Positions 19,079 through 29,473 are shown, counted from the stretch's first letter. The stretch: 64,000 nucleotides of DNA from a virus (IMGVR_UViG_2877982868_000014), one strand, 5' to 3'. The notes: generated from the sequence alone by a model not told the origin. Program-made: numbers and translations.

Positions 19079-20202
19079 TATTGCATTTCCTCTTTCATTT
19101 TCAGGAACTCGGCTTCGGTTTTACCCAGCAGACGGGCGGCGGCGATATCTTCAGCCGACAGCGCAGCGGTGGCGGTCTTTTTATCCGGCACGGTTACGGT
19201 GTCGGTCTGAAGAGTAGTCAGAGCCGCAACCGGCTGACGGGCGTCAAGCTGTGCAGAAAGTGCCGCAACACCAATCTGTTGTCCGAGTCCTTCCATGTAT
19301 CCGCGTTCGCTTTTGAAAATGCGTCCTTCGGACTCGGCCTTATCCAGCAACTGCTCCAGCGTGGTGCTGCCGTGCTGTGCCGACAGCGCGACATATTCGG
19401 TACGCAGGGCGTTATACGTCTCAACGGGCACATATTTCGTCAGATCAATAGTGCCGCCAGTTGGTGTGCCTTTTGCGGTTTCCAGCTCTGCCGACAAACT
19501 GGCGACCTGTGTTTTCAGGTTGTCGTGTGCATCCGCACGGGTTTTGATCCCGGTGAGGGCAGACAGCGCCGCCGTGCCCAGCTCCGGCGTAAATTCGTCA
19601 CCGTCAGCCACGGTCAGACCGAGCGCCGTCAGCAACTGGCGTAATTGCTCATTCATGGAGGTATCCTTTAAAGGAGGGTTTAAGGCGTTATAAAGGTCAT
19701 CCGCCGACAGCGCGGCGACAGGATTCATGCCGGTCAGACCGGGGTCACCGGTAATAGCCAGCATCCGAAGTTCGACAGGTTCGCCGGTGTTCTCGTCATA
19801 GCCAATCACCGGTGAAAACCAGGGGAATTCGTTATTACGCAGATGTTCAAGGGCCGGAGGGTTCCACTTCGGGCGCACCTCGAAGCCACGCTCTTCACTG
19901 AAGCGAAAATTCTCCGGTGAGGCCATCACAAAACCGGCAGCCGGTGCCTGATGCCCCTTAATCAGGGTCTGGTGGTTGTAGTCAATTTTCACCGGCTGAT
20001 TGAGCGCCACAACCCGGGAGACCATGCGCTCAACGGCTGCATGGTTGATCAGCCAGCCCTCGGCCGGTTTTTCCGGGCGACCGTCACGGGCCTTTACCCG
20101 ACCGGCTGGCATGATCTGACACCAGTCACCGTCCCCGTCTGCGGACAGGCTGATGGCATTCAGAATGGCATAAGCAAGTTTGGGCGTGTTTTTCGTCTTC
20201 AT
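19078..20202 (-). CDS. Head maturation protease/scaffold (Mu I/gp32-like)
   Basis: 374 aa; synteny. Confidence 0.8.
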   Translation of the reverse strand: MKTKNTPKLAYAILNAISLSADGDGDWCQIMPAGRVKARDGRPEKPAEGWLINHAAVERMVSRVVALNQPVKIDYNHQTLIKGHQAPAAGFVMASPENFRFSEERGFEVRPKWNPPALEHLRNNEFPWFSPVIGYDENTGEPVELRMLAITGDPGLTGMNPVAALSADDLYNALNPPLKDTSMNEQLRQLLTALGLTVADGDEFTPELGTAALSALTGIKTRADAHDNLKTQVASLSAELETAKGTPTGGTIDLTKYVPVETYNALRTEYVALSAQHGSTTLEQLLDKAESEGRIFKSERGYMEGLGQQIGVAALSAQLDARQPVAALTTLQTDTVTVPDKKTATAALSAEDIAAARLLGKTEAEFLKMKEEMQ

Positions 20203-20378
20203 TCCGGCAGCATAAGCCGGGAATTTTCAGGGCGGGTTTTGCGGGATTTCAGGAAGTGCTTCCAGGGGAAAAATACAAAGGCGCTTCACGCAGATTTTAA
20301 AGCCCGTTAAATACAGGTTAGAAAATCACGACACGCGCCTGAAGGGGGTAAGGTAATGCATTTGCATACCTTAAACAA

Positions 20379-20852
20379 TTAAGGCGTTTCTGTGGCCTTT
20401 TTAAAGCGTTTTCTGATTTCGTCCATGATCTCCTGCTCTGCCACCTGATCAAAGCCCATATACGGACGTGCACCAATGGCCGCCGGTCCAGGCGGCATAC
20501 CTGGCAGGCCACCCCACTGATGAATGGCCGCATAAGGCTCATTTGATCCAATCAGCGCCCAGGTATCGCCATAATCCGTGGTCAGGCGTCGGGCCAGATC
20601 GCCGTTCAGCGTCAGGATTTTGCCGGGCATGTATCCCTTACGGGTACGCCACTTGCGGTAAGGATCTGACCAGTCATGCCAGCGTTCGCCGTCCGGCTCT
20701 TTTTCCTGTTCAAACGCCATTTCTGACGATGACAGAAGACTCGCCGCCACACTGCGGGCCAGGTCTTTCCCTCCACCCACAAACTGAAGCCGGGCAAAGA
20801 CCCGCTGGAGACGCGTAACGTCAACAACGACAGCGGCATCAATGGATGACAT
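20379..20852 (-). CDS. Virion morphogenesis protein (Mu G/gp31-like)
   Basis: 157 aa; synteny. Confidence 0.7.
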   Translation of the reverse strand: MSSIDAAVVVDVTRLQRVFARLQFVGGGKDLARSVAASLLSSSEMAFEQEKEPDGERWHDWSDPYRKWRTRKGYMPGKILTLNGDLARRLTTDYGDTWALIGSNEPYAAIHQWGGLPGMPPGPAAIGARPYMGFDQVAEQEIMDEIRKRFKKATETP

Positions 20853-20973
20853 ATTGCCTCCGCATAAAGGATGAATATAAAATAAACAGGCGGTCAGTGT
20901 ACGCTTAACTGGTAAAGTCGGTGCCTGCCTCCGGGTGGATCATGTATGCGGGTTCAACCCCCGCCACTGACCG

Positions 20974-22305
20974 TTAATCAATATCTCCTTCCAGTACCTC
21001 AAGCATTCCACCCCGGATATCCGATTTCAGCTTATCCATATTGATAACCCGGTAAGCATTCACAATCACATCCAGTTTATCCGGCTGACGCTTCAGGCTG
21101 TACGGCGCATTAACGGCAATCTGCACACTGCTATCCTTACTTTCCACGATATACATCAGATTGTTGTGGCGTTTGTCCCACAGCACCGCTTTTGGCTTTG
21201 CCAGCATTGCCGGTAATCGACCGAAATCCTCCGGCGTCAGGGCGATACCGTCATTCTGATGTTTCATGCTGTCCGCATGGAGCACATTTTTACCGCTCAT
21301 CGCCAGCAGGCGGGCCGGTGGCGTTCCCGTCCGGCTTTCCACCGCCTGCGCAATACTTTCGGTCATAAAGCCCAGCGTGCGGATATCGTTACCGCCTCGC
21401 CGGGTTTTCATGATGTTTTTTGCCCAGATGCGGAACGCCAGCTGCCGCTCCGGGCTGTTGTTCATCTCCTGCACCACCATTTCCCGCAGCGCCGGGCTTT
21501 TCACCTCGATCAGTTTACGGATCAACGCCTGGTCTGTGCCGAACGCCGCCGAGCCGGGGTTATATGACCAGCCCACATCCGGTGTCATGGTTCTGGTGCC
21601 ATCTGAATATGTGGTCACCGGCATTTCTCTGACTTCTCCGGTCTGCTTATCCACGCCAGCCTCAACATTGCGGGTGGAAAGATGATCCTGACCGGATGAA
21701 ACAGACAGCCCCATCGCATCCAGACGGGCCTGAGACAATGGCCGGACACGGCAGCGGCAGTTCCAGCCATTGGGTGGGTAGTGTGTATTCCAGAACGGAT
21801 CGTCATAGCGGAATACCAGCCCGTTAAGGGCGGAATGCGCCGGGCGGGTGCGGCTGTCCATCACCGCCACATACTGCCAGAACGGATGCGTGTCCGTGTT
21901 GTTCATCATCTGCGTGTAACGCCCGGCATTGTAAGCCACGCGGGTGTTCACGTTGTAAATCAGCGCCAGACGGCGGGGACTGCCCAGTTGCACTTCTTCT
22001 GCGTTACCGGCGCTGTCCACCACAATCTGCTTTCCCCACCATCCCAGCTTTTGCAGGCGGGGTGTCAGTGTGCGGATAAATGCTTTCTGTGAAATCCCCT
22101 CATCAACAGCACGCTGCACTTCCGCCTGTAGTGTGGTCAGTACGTCCAGGCGTGCCGCTTTTGCCGCCGTGAATGAACGGGCATGAACATCCGCGTCTGT
22201 TTCGAACCAGTTCCAGCTGATATGCGCCCCTTTGGCGCGGAAGTATGCCACCGCCTCTTTTGAGGGAAGCGTGGCGGCATAACCTAAATCAATCCCCTGT
22301 GCCAT
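20974..22305 (-). CDS. Head morphogenesis protein (Mu F/gp30-like)
   Basis: 443 aa downstream of portal. Confidence 0.8.
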   Translation of the reverse strand: MAQGIDLGYAATLPSKEAVAYFRAKGAHISWNWFETDADVHARSFTAAKAARLDVLTTLQAEVQRAVDEGISQKAFIRTLTPRLQKLGWWGKQIVVDSAGNAEEVQLGSPRRLALIYNVNTRVAYNAGRYTQMMNNTDTHPFWQYVAVMDSRTRPAHSALNGLVFRYDDPFWNTHYPPNGWNCRCRVRPLSQARLDAMGLSVSSGQDHLSTRNVEAGVDKQTGEVREMPVTTYSDGTRTMTPDVGWSYNPGSAAFGTDQALIRKLIEVKSPALREMVVQEMNNSPERQLAFRIWAKNIMKTRRGGNDIRTLGFMTESIAQAVESRTGTPPARLLAMSGKNVLHADSMKHQNDGIALTPEDFGRLPAMLAKPKAVLWDKRHNNLMYIVESKDSSVQIAVNAPYSLKRQPDKLDVIVNAYRVINMDKLKSDIRGGMLEVLEGDID

Positions 22306-23887
22306 CCAGCATCCCCTTCATTTCCGCAGCAAACATGGCATCACTGAGCAGCGTCATCAGGCGGGAATCATCCATTTCACGGTAAAGGGCAGGCAGGTCT
22401 GCCAGTGCCTCCGCCAGCCCCCGCGTTCTGATGGCTTCAATGACCGGCTCCAGTACCGGGTCGATGGCCTCCTGTAACCGGCGGGCAGGCACCGCGTCCC
22501 CCATGTCGTCCAGTTCATCTCGGGGGCTGCTCTTCGCTTCCGGCAGTCTGGCAGCCAGCGCTGTCTGCTCTGTCTTCTCCTGTTTTTCCGGTGGCATCTC
22601 TTTGTCTGTCTGAGCAGGTTCATTGCCACTCTGACGGACACGGAAGATGGCTTCACCGGGGGCAGGCTGTGGAATACCGGTCTGCTCCCGTACCCAGGGA
22701 TCAGGAATATCCATCCCCGTACTGAGCTGCATCACCGCACTGGTGATTTTGGTGATATCCCCCGGCTCTTTTGTCTGGAAACAGATACGCGGCAGGCGAC
22801 GGATATCTATGGCGTGGGCGGTGTTCAGGGCATACAGCGGATACACCAGATCGCGGTTCAGCGTGGCGGCCAGCTGACGTAAATCAGAATCCCTGATTTC
22901 CCGGCGCACCTCGTTATGCACTTCACCCAGCGAGCGCGCGCCCTTGTCTCCGGCTTCCGTGGTCAGCGTGCCGCCGAGGATAGCTTTGGAGATGGAACGC
23001 TCCCCCCACGAAATCATGGTTTCAAACGGATCGGCCTGACCGTTCGCTGCCGCCTGAAACTCCAGCGACATCCCGGCCGGGATGATCCCGCCTGTACGTC
23101 GACCGATATCCATCACCGCCCGCATCAGGGCGCTTTTCTGCTCCGGTGTTGCCCCGGACGGGTATTTCCCGACCTTCATCGGCAGGCCGTACACCTCCAG
23201 AAATTCAGCCAGATCACGCACGGAATAGTTTTTGAAAATGAACGGCCAGATAAGCGTCCTGACAAGCCCCGTTGCGCCGCCGTAACCGGTGCGTGAACGT
23301 GACTGATGCACTATCCAGCCAAAGGGCTGAAACGCCACCCCGGCATGGCTGCCGTCACGCAGCCGCAGTTCGCTCAAATCATCCGGGTTAAGGCAGAAAT
23401 GCCCGCTGTCACGCCAGCGGATGGCGCGGATGATGTGCATTTTACCGAGCATCCCGTGCTCAATCTCCATACAGGAATAGCCCTTCAGGATGGCATCGGT
23501 GGCATCAAACAGCATGGCATCAAACCAGTCGGCGGAATGAAGATATTCGTCGAGCATTTCCGCGTCCTTTTTCTCATTCGCGCTGGCGTTCGGTGGCGGC
23601 TCAATACTCCAGGGCACGCCCTGAATGGCAAGACGTCGCTTGCCCAGCTCTGCAAAAAGGTGGGTATCCTTTTCTTCAATGTCAGCGGCCAGATCGGACT
23701 GGGCAATCAGATCGCCACGTTCAGCCCCGCGAAGGCACTGCGCCGCCCGGTTCGGGGTGATACCCGAGGCCGGATGTTCAATATAACGGCTGGCAATCTG
23801 CGGAATATCCAGCACGGCACTCTGCATCTCCGGGTCAAAGGAGAAAGGTTTTCCGTCAAGATCAATTATGCGTCCCACTACCAGCAC
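22289..23887 (-). CDS. Portal protein (Mu H/gp29-like)
   Basis: 532 aa following terminase large subunit. Confidence 0.85.
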   Translation of the reverse strand: MLVVGRIIDLDGKPFSFDPEMQSAVLDIPQIASRYIEHPASGITPNRAAQCLRGAERGDLIAQSDLAADIEEKDTHLFAELGKRRLAIQGVPWSIEPPPNASANEKKDAEMLDEYLHSADWFDAMLFDATDAILKGYSCMEIEHGMLGKMHIIRAIRWRDSGHFCLNPDDLSELRLRDGSHAGVAFQPFGWIVHQSRSRTGYGGATGLVRTLIWPFIFKNYSVRDLAEFLEVYGLPMKVGKYPSGATPEQKSALMRAVMDIGRRTGGIIPAGMSLEFQAAANGQADPFETMISWGERSISKAILGGTLTTEAGDKGARSLGEVHNEVRREIRDSDLRQLAATLNRDLVYPLYALNTAHAIDIRRLPRICFQTKEPGDITKITSAVMQLSTGMDIPDPWVREQTGIPQPAPGEAIFRVRQSGNEPAQTDKEMPPEKQEKTEQTALAARLPEAKSSPRDELDDMGDAVPARRLQEAIDPVLEPVIEAIRTRGLAEALADLPALYREMDDSRLMTLLSDAMFAAEMKGMLDGTGD

Positions 23888-25542
23888 CCCCGATCAAATT
23901 CATGATATGCCTCATCGTCATCACGATAACCGCCCTCCATGGCCCGCGACCGCTCCGGCAGCGCCTGACAGGCTGATTCATCCAGGATGAAACCCTCCAT
24001 GTATGACGCCCGGTTTGCCATACAGAGCGCCACGGCAAAATCACCATGGCGGCGGGCGTTCACAGCCGTTGCGTTCTGGTCCTTCGTGCGCCCCTTGTCG
24101 ATTTGCGGGATACCGTTCACCACCTTCACATGGCGCAAATCATCAAGCGTGGTCTGATGGCGGGCGACGAGGATATTCTGATCCTCAAACTCGGCCTTCA
24201 GTTTTGGCATCCACTCGCCATACCACTTCGGCGATAACATCACGCAGTCGATGATGTCCGGGCCAAAGGCCAGCAGCGCGGCTTCGGCCAGATAGCCGCC
24301 GTTACCGGTGGCGTCGAACGCCGCACCGACCAGCGCCGGAACGCGGGTCAGGATGTACATCATCACCTGCTCCTGCTGGGCATACGGCAGGTTGCGCAGC
24401 TCCACGCGAAACACCTCGCGTTTTGCCAGGGATTCAGTGATTTCCAGCAGCACAAAGCAGGACAGGTCTCCGGTGCGGGCAAAGTCTTCCCCGAAGCTGA
24501 AGCGGGAACGGGGATTTAACGCCTCTAAAAGCGGTTTTAAATGTTCTTCACACCAGGTTAAAACCTCCGATTCACGCAGCCATGCGGCACGGCTGATGAA
24601 GTCGTCCGGGGCTTCAAACGTCAGAATCGGGATGTCGCGGATCATCGCCATTTCAATAAGCGCGTGAGGAATATAGGCACCGCCGGATTTTTTCGGGATA
24701 CAGCCGTATTCCTCGTCGGCATCCTCACGGGTCGGGGCGTTTTTGTAGAGATCATCACGCCACTTCTGCTCGCTTTCCGGTGACCATTCGCGGCCGGTGA
24801 CATAACAGATACGACGGTACAGCCCGTCCGCAATGGCATCATCCAGGGTAATGCGGTGGACGCTGTAATCCTTGCGCCCCTCGCGGGCTTCCTGAATGTA
24901 CTGATTAAACAGATTATCGACGCCGTTATGCGTGGAGATAATACGCACGCGCGCGCCCCACATGGTAAGCGCCATTGCCGCCTTGAGAAGCTCATCCAGT
25001 GACTCGTGGAACGCGGCTTCATCAATCACCACATCCCCCTGAAGGCCGCGCAGGTTTGACGGACGGGAAGACAGTGCCTGAATTTTGAATCCACTGTTCG
25101 GAAAGCGGATCATGTAGGTCAGAATTTCTTCTTTTTTATCCCGATCCCAGAAGGTCTGCTCATACACATCAGCATCTGCCAGCTGGTTAAAGGCACGGGA
25201 GAACAGTGCGCAGGCAGAAATATATTCCAGCGCCATCTCCTGCTTTGACCCCACATAAAACACATTGCGGCCACCACGCCGCTTCGGTTTTGCAGCGGTA
25301 ATGACGTTACGCCCGGCTTCCGCCCAGGTAAGCCCGGTGCGGCGGGATTTTTCCGCGATGCAGACCTCGCTTTCATCCTCAAACCAGCGGGCCTGATAAT
25401 CCAGAAACACCGGCATATCACCGGGCAAATCAAGGCTGTCCGGCACATCCACGCCCAGCAGGGCTTTTTCACCGGCCAGATCAATTTTGCGGGTGGAGAC
25501 GGTATTCGTCAGTAAGGGTGAGAGTTCTTCGGCGTTATTCAT
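23878..25542 (-). CDS. Terminase large subunit (Mu gp28-like)
   Basis: 554 aa; synteny. Confidence 0.85.
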   Translation of the reverse strand: MNNAEELSPLLTNTVSTRKIDLAGEKALLGVDVPDSLDLPGDMPVFLDYQARWFEDESEVCIAEKSRRTGLTWAEAGRNVITAAKPKRRGGRNVFYVGSKQEMALEYISACALFSRAFNQLADADVYEQTFWDRDKKEEILTYMIRFPNSGFKIQALSSRPSNLRGLQGDVVIDEAAFHESLDELLKAAMALTMWGARVRIISTHNGVDNLFNQYIQEAREGRKDYSVHRITLDDAIADGLYRRICYVTGREWSPESEQKWRDDLYKNAPTREDADEEYGCIPKKSGGAYIPHALIEMAMIRDIPILTFEAPDDFISRAAWLRESEVLTWCEEHLKPLLEALNPRSRFSFGEDFARTGDLSCFVLLEITESLAKREVFRVELRNLPYAQQEQVMMYILTRVPALVGAAFDATGNGGYLAEAALLAFGPDIIDCVMLSPKWYGEWMPKLKAEFEDQNILVARHQTTLDDLRHVKVVNGIPQIDKGRTKDQNATAVNARRHGDFAVALCMANRASYMEGFILDESACQALPERSRAMEGGYRDDDEAYHEFDRGCW

Positions 25543-26123
25543 CAGGCTTTACCCAACAGAATCCCCTTAATACGGGACTCAAGCTGTTCACTCATCCCGT
25601 CCACGCCGCGCAGCTCGTCGGTGACCGCGTTTGCCATCTCTTCAGCAAATGCGGCCCGGATTTCTTTTTCACGCTTAATGCTGCGCTCGGCGGCACTTTC
25701 CGCACGCTGTGCTGACAGGAGGATGTCTTTGATGAGGCGCATATCCACGTCGCTGTCGCTGTTCAGAGATTCGGTCGCGGCACGCAGGCGGCGGTACATC
25801 AGGGCGCGGGACATTTCCAGAATCAGCGCTGTGGTTTCACCGGTTGGCTTGTCCCCCAGTTCGGCCATCATGGCTTTTGTCTGCTCGCGTAAATCACGCA
25901 GGTTACGGGCAATCAGCTCATTACGGGAGGCTTCCCGGCTGATGGCCGCCGGTGAAAGCTGCTGCTCTTCCGGCAGGCCCGCCTCTCGGATCAGACGGTT
26001 GATTTCCTCGCGGATCTGGACCTGCGTCAGACGTTTTTCACGCAGCATTTCCAGCAGCGGCTTACGGATGCTGTCGGGGAGCAAATCCACCTTGCGTACA
26101 CGACCACGCGTCGGCTTGTCCAT
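25542..26123 (-). CDS. Terminase small subunit candidate (Mu gp27-like)
   Basis: 193 aa charged helical protein immediately upstream of TerL. Confidence 0.6.
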   Translation of the reverse strand: MDKPTRGRVRKVDLLPDSIRKPLLEMLREKRLTQVQIREEINRLIREAGLPEEQQLSPAAISREASRNELIARNLRDLREQTKAMMAELGDKPTGETTALILEMSRALMYRRLRAATESLNSDSDVDMRLIKDILLSAQRAESAAERSIKREKEIRAAFAEEMANAVTDELRGVDGMSEQLESRIKGILLGKA

Positions 26124-26125
26124 CG

Positions 26126-26416
26126 TTACCCCCTTGCGCGTGGTTTCTTCACACCCGGAACGCAGGCCCGGCCTTCCGCCACATCCTGCCCACGACCGGT
26201 CAGTTCCGCGATGAAATAACCGTTAATCAGAACGCGTTTGCGCACCAGTCCCTGCTCGGCAAGCCAGGCAATGTGGGTGTGAACGGTGTCGCGGGACACG
26301 CGGTGGCCGTAATCATCCAGACAGTCCTGGAGCACGGATTCACCCAGTTCACCGTTGTAATCTGCCAGCGACCGCAGAATGACCAGACGCTGATCTTCAG
26401 TAATGAAATCACTCAT
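26126..26416 (-). CDS. Mu gp26-like protein
   Basis: 96 aa; synteny. Confidence 0.5.
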   Translation of the reverse strand: MSDFITEDQRLVILRSLADYNGELGESVLQDCLDDYGHRVSRDTVHTHIAWLAEQGLVRKRVLINGYFIAELTGRGQDVAEGRACVPGVKKPRARG

Positions 26417-26721
26417 TGCGTTTTTTTCCTTACAGCCTGCTCCAGCAGCAGTTCGTTCTGATAGGAGACAGAGCGGAGCGTGGCGTTCGTGGTTTTCAGT
26501 TCACCCCGCAGGGTCACGATTTCCACATTCAGACGGTTGACCTCGGCTTCTGTCGGCAGTGACGACAGGCGGGTTTCCACCTTCTCAACGCGGTCGGAGA
26601 GTTTTTCAAAGGCCTCGCGGGGGACAAACGTTTTGCGCATCAGCGCCATGAATATCCCGCCAGCGGTTGCCGTCGCCGAAAGGATCGGCACAACATAATC
26701 TTTAACGATGCTGACCCACAT
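26413..26721 (-). CDS. Membrane/coiled-coil protein (Mu gp25-like, lysis-associated)
   Basis: N-terminal TM helix then coiled coil. Confidence 0.5.
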   Translation of the reverse strand: MWVSIVKDYVVPILSATATAGGIFMALMRKTFVPREAFEKLSDRVEKVETRLSSLPTEAEVNRLNVEIVTLRGELKTTNATLRSVSYQNELLLEQAVRKKTQ

Positions 26722-26929
26722 TACGGGCCTCCATGATGTTCTGGCAGTTCACACAACGGATGGCATCAGGCACAGCAACAAGACGTGCGGCGGGGATCTC
26801 TCCACCACAGTCCGCGCAGACACGTCTGCCCGGCGTATCCACTGCCTGGCGCTTACGTGTCAGCCGGTTACAAAGGGCGCGTTCTGATCCCCGCTCCATC
26901 ACAGCCTGAGCACGATCTGAATCATCCAT
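26702..26929 (-). CDS. TraR/DksA-family C4 zinc-finger protein
   Basis: CADCGGEIPAARL...IRCVNCQ. Confidence 0.6.
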   Translation of the reverse strand: MDDSDRAQAVMERGSERALCNRLTRKRQAVDTPGRRVCADCGGEIPAARLVAVPDAIRCVNCQNIMEARNVGQHR

Positions 26930-26938
26930 ACCTTTTCC

Positions 26939-27310
26939 TTACTTCGTTTTTCCTGCCGGAACAGCAGGCGTTCCGGCCATATCAGTAAATTCATGTTGTC
27001 GCCGCGTCTCCAGACGACGAATACTGGCCTTGTCCACGTTGCAGTTCTTGATCACCGCCAGCAGTTGCAGGTTGTAAGTGACCGATGCCCCAAACGTGAA
27101 CGGCTCCGGCGCAGGAGGGACTAGGCAGTCAGCCAGCCATTCAGCGGGGATCGGCACCGGCTTCACAGGCACGTATTTCACAGACGGCCCGGCGCACCCG
27201 ATCAGCCACATCATCAGGAACAGGGGCAGAGGCCGCAGGCACTGCTGCCAGCGACCGGCGGACAACGCTCTGCTGCCCCTCGCTGTGCTGAATGTTCTGT
27301 TGTTTTTCAT
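26939..27310 (-). CDS. Rz1-like o-spanin lipoprotein candidate (start uncertain)
   Basis: Lipobox-like LIGC then Pro-rich sequence; starts inside the i-spanin gene in another frame. Confidence 0.4.
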   Translation of the reverse strand: MKNNRTFSTARGSRALSAGRWQQCLRPLPLFLMMWLIGCAGPSVKYVPVKPVPIPAEWLADCLVPPAPEPFTFGASVTYNLQLLAVIKNCNVDKASIRRLETRRQHEFTDMAGTPAVPAGKTK

Positions 27311-27491
27311 TCGTGGCCGCCTCACTGATTTGTGAAATGAGTTGCAGGGTGTGCTGCTGATTTGCCAGCACCTGACGCGCCTCATCCCGCTCACGCACAA
27401 GCACCTGATTATTGTCTTCAAGGCGCTGCGTCTTCTGGTGCATTCCCCATATCGCGGCAACCAGTACAGCGATAATCCCCAGCGCCGCCAT
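27141..27491 (-). CDS. Rz-like i-spanin candidate
   Basis: N-terminal TM helix (MAALGIIAVLVAAIW) followed by charged coiled coil; downstream of endolysin. Confidence 0.5.
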   Translation of the reverse strand: MAALGIIAVLVAAIWGMHQKTQRLEDNNQVLVRERDEARQVLANQQHTLQLISQISEAATNEKQQNIQHSEGQQSVVRRSLAAVPAASAPVPDDVADRVRRAVCEIRACEAGADPR

Positions 27492-27603
27492 GCACGCCCC
27501 GGCAATCAGGGCCGGTAAGGCATTATTCACCGCAGCCACAGGACACCCCGTAACAGCAGTACCGCACACAGCAGCGCTATCATGATCGGTCGCCAGAAGC
27601 GGT

Positions 27604-28104
27604 TCAGACTTTCGGCAAATCGTAGCGACATAACCATTCATCCGCCGAACGGCGGGCCTCAAGGCCGGGGAGCTTCACCCCCTTTGAATAAATCCAGCGG
27701 ATATACTGCTTACAGGACGCGGGCATCTGCCCGGCATTGATCAGGCGCAGAAGCGTGGAGTTGCGAAAGTTCGTTTCACCGGCCCAGAAGATCCACGAAG
27801 CCAGCGCCACCGTCTGACCACGGGTAAGCGGCACCTGAACACGCCGATCAATGGCCGCAAAGGCCCATTTCATGTCCTTTTCCAGTAGTTCCAGGCATTC
27901 TTCATCCGTCAGGGTCATACCCGGTTTCACATCCGGGCCGGTATGGCCGTAACAGATGGTGGGTGTACCGGTGGGATCGATATACGTGGAGTTTTCTTTC
28001 CCTTCCCAGTAACCGGTGTAATGCGTGGCAATCGTGAACGTCCCGGCACCGGCCAGAACAAGGGCAATCAGCTTTTTACGCAGTGGTGCGGGGAGTTTTG
28101 GCAT
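27604..28104 (-). CDS. SAR endolysin (lysozyme, T4-lysozyme-like E-D-T triad)
   Basis: N-terminal signal-anchor LIALVLAGAGTFTIA; YWEGKENSTYIDPTGTPT catalytic motif. Confidence 0.8.
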   Translation of the reverse strand: MPKLPAPLRKKLIALVLAGAGTFTIATHYTGYWEGKENSTYIDPTGTPTICYGHTGPDVKPGMTLTDEECLELLEKDMKWAFAAIDRRVQVPLTRGQTVALASWIFWAGETNFRNSTLLRLINAGQMPASCKQYIRWIYSKGVKLPGLEARRSADEWLCRYDLPKV

Positions 28105-28175
28105 TGTTACGCTGTCTCATGATGTTCTCTGAGTCAGCGTAACGGTGAAGGAAAGGCGGCAGGCTTTGCGGAATA

Positions 28176-28601
28176 TCAGAAAAGTGGCGGTTGTGTTCTT
28201 GCCAGATGCAGACGGCGCTGTTCACGTATGACGGTATAAATCTGGGTTTCTGACATCCGGTAATGGCGGCGAAGGGATTCAATTTTCTCGCCCCGGTCCC
28301 AGCGCGAAAATATCTCATTGTTTCGCAGCTCGGCAAAGAGAGATTCCCCGACCGGCAGGTAATAACCCCGTCCGCCCATATAGGCTGCCTGAGCCGCAGC
28401 CACCTTGCGTGCCAGTTTGCCGGCCAGTACCGGCTCAATCCCCTGACGCTGAAGTTCTGCGCCGGTGACTTCAACCAGTTCTGACAGGGTCCGCGGCCAG
28501 TTCTTTTTGAGAACATCATCAGGGATGTCATCAAGGCGGTCGATAAGGGCGTGCAGTTGCTCACTGTCACCACCAAACATGCTCATCTGAGTTTCTGCCA
28601 T
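28176..28601 (-). CDS. Mor/C-family transcription activator
   Basis: 141 aa; C-terminal ...TQIYTVIREQRRLHLARTQ resembles Mor/C DNA-binding end; between gemA and lys. Confidence 0.75.
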   Translation of the reverse strand: MAETQMSMFGGDSEQLHALIDRLDDIPDDVLKKNWPRTLSELVEVTGAELQRQGIEPVLAGKLARKVAAAQAAYMGGRGYYLPVGESLFAELRNNEIFSRWDRGEKIESLRRHYRMSETQIYTVIREQRRLHLARTQPPLF

Positions 28602-28670
28602 ATCAGCCTCCGGTTCTCGCGTTCCCGGTAAGTTTAAAATAAAAATCCCGCGTTGTGGCGGGATTTGGGG

Positions 28671-29180
28671 TTAACGGGGAAGTGATTTTTCATACTGCCT
28701 GCAAACGGCGTCATACCCCATCAGCGTGCGTTCGGGCATTCCCATCGCGGCCAGCATTTTGCGGCGGTGCCATCGCTTGAGACGCTCCAGCACATCTGAG
28801 GCCAGGGCGGGGTGTTGCTCCAGCCACTGCCAGTTTGCCACACCTTCGCCGCCGTTTTGCGCGGCCGTCTGCGATTTCACCCAGCGGTTAAGGGCGGTTT
28901 CCGCACCATCAGAGATAAAGCCCTGCCGGTGCATCACCTTCCAGATGGCGCGAATTTTAGCGGTCACCGTACCCGGTTTTAAGGCCCGGTTAACCGGGTT
29001 CTGACGCACTTTAAAACCGCGTTTTTTGAAAACATCCAGCACGCGGGATAACTCATCCGGTGACATATCCCGGCAGCTGGTTTTGCCGGTGACCGCCAGT
29101 AGTACGGATGTGTAGGTTTCATCATCCAGGGCAAGCTCGCGTTTTGCCACATGAATGGCAGATATCAGTTTCCCTCTCAT
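28671..29180 (-). CDS. GemA-like regulatory protein (Mu gp16 family)
   Basis: 169 aa upstream of Mor/C as in Mu. Confidence 0.6.
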   Translation of the reverse strand: MRGKLISAIHVAKRELALDDETYTSVLLAVTGKTSCRDMSPDELSRVLDVFKKRGFKVRQNPVNRALKPGTVTAKIRAIWKVMHRQGFISDGAETALNRWVKSQTAAQNGGEGVANWQWLEQHPALASDVLERLKRWHRRKMLAAMGMPERTLMGYDAVCRQYEKSLPR

Positions 29181-29473
29181 GCTGTATCAACACTCCTGCG
29201 GATATGATAGGTATTATTTTCCCGATCGAGCTGAACCCGATACTCCGGAGGAATCACAAAAATATTAAAACCATCATCAGTTTTTATTCTTGAGTAGCAT
29301 TCCCCCTTATGATATCTGGCCAGTGCATTAATCAGAGAAGTCGCAGCCTGCCCAATCAGGTATTTTTTATGAAAAATACTGATAACTTTCCGGCACAGCC
29401 ATCGTGTAATGACGAATGCACCGAAAAAGGATGTGATATATAAATACCAGAACAACTGCGAACTACTGTCCAT
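29177..29473 (-). CDS. Hypothetical membrane protein (98 aa), low-GC accessory gene
   Basis: One TM helix (LFWYLYITSFFGAFVITRWL); overlaps gemA start by 4 nt. Confidence 0.5.
   Translation of the reverse strand: MDSSSQLFWYLYITSFFGAFVITRWLCRKVISIFHKKYLIGQAATSLINALARYHKGECYSRIKTDDGFNIFVIPPEYRVQLDRENNTYHIRRSVDTA

Noticed and set aside
20318-20551. 77-aa ORF between the G-like and protease genes
   Set aside because: Mostly overlaps the 5' end of the G-like gene in another frame; the gap more likely holds a late promoter.
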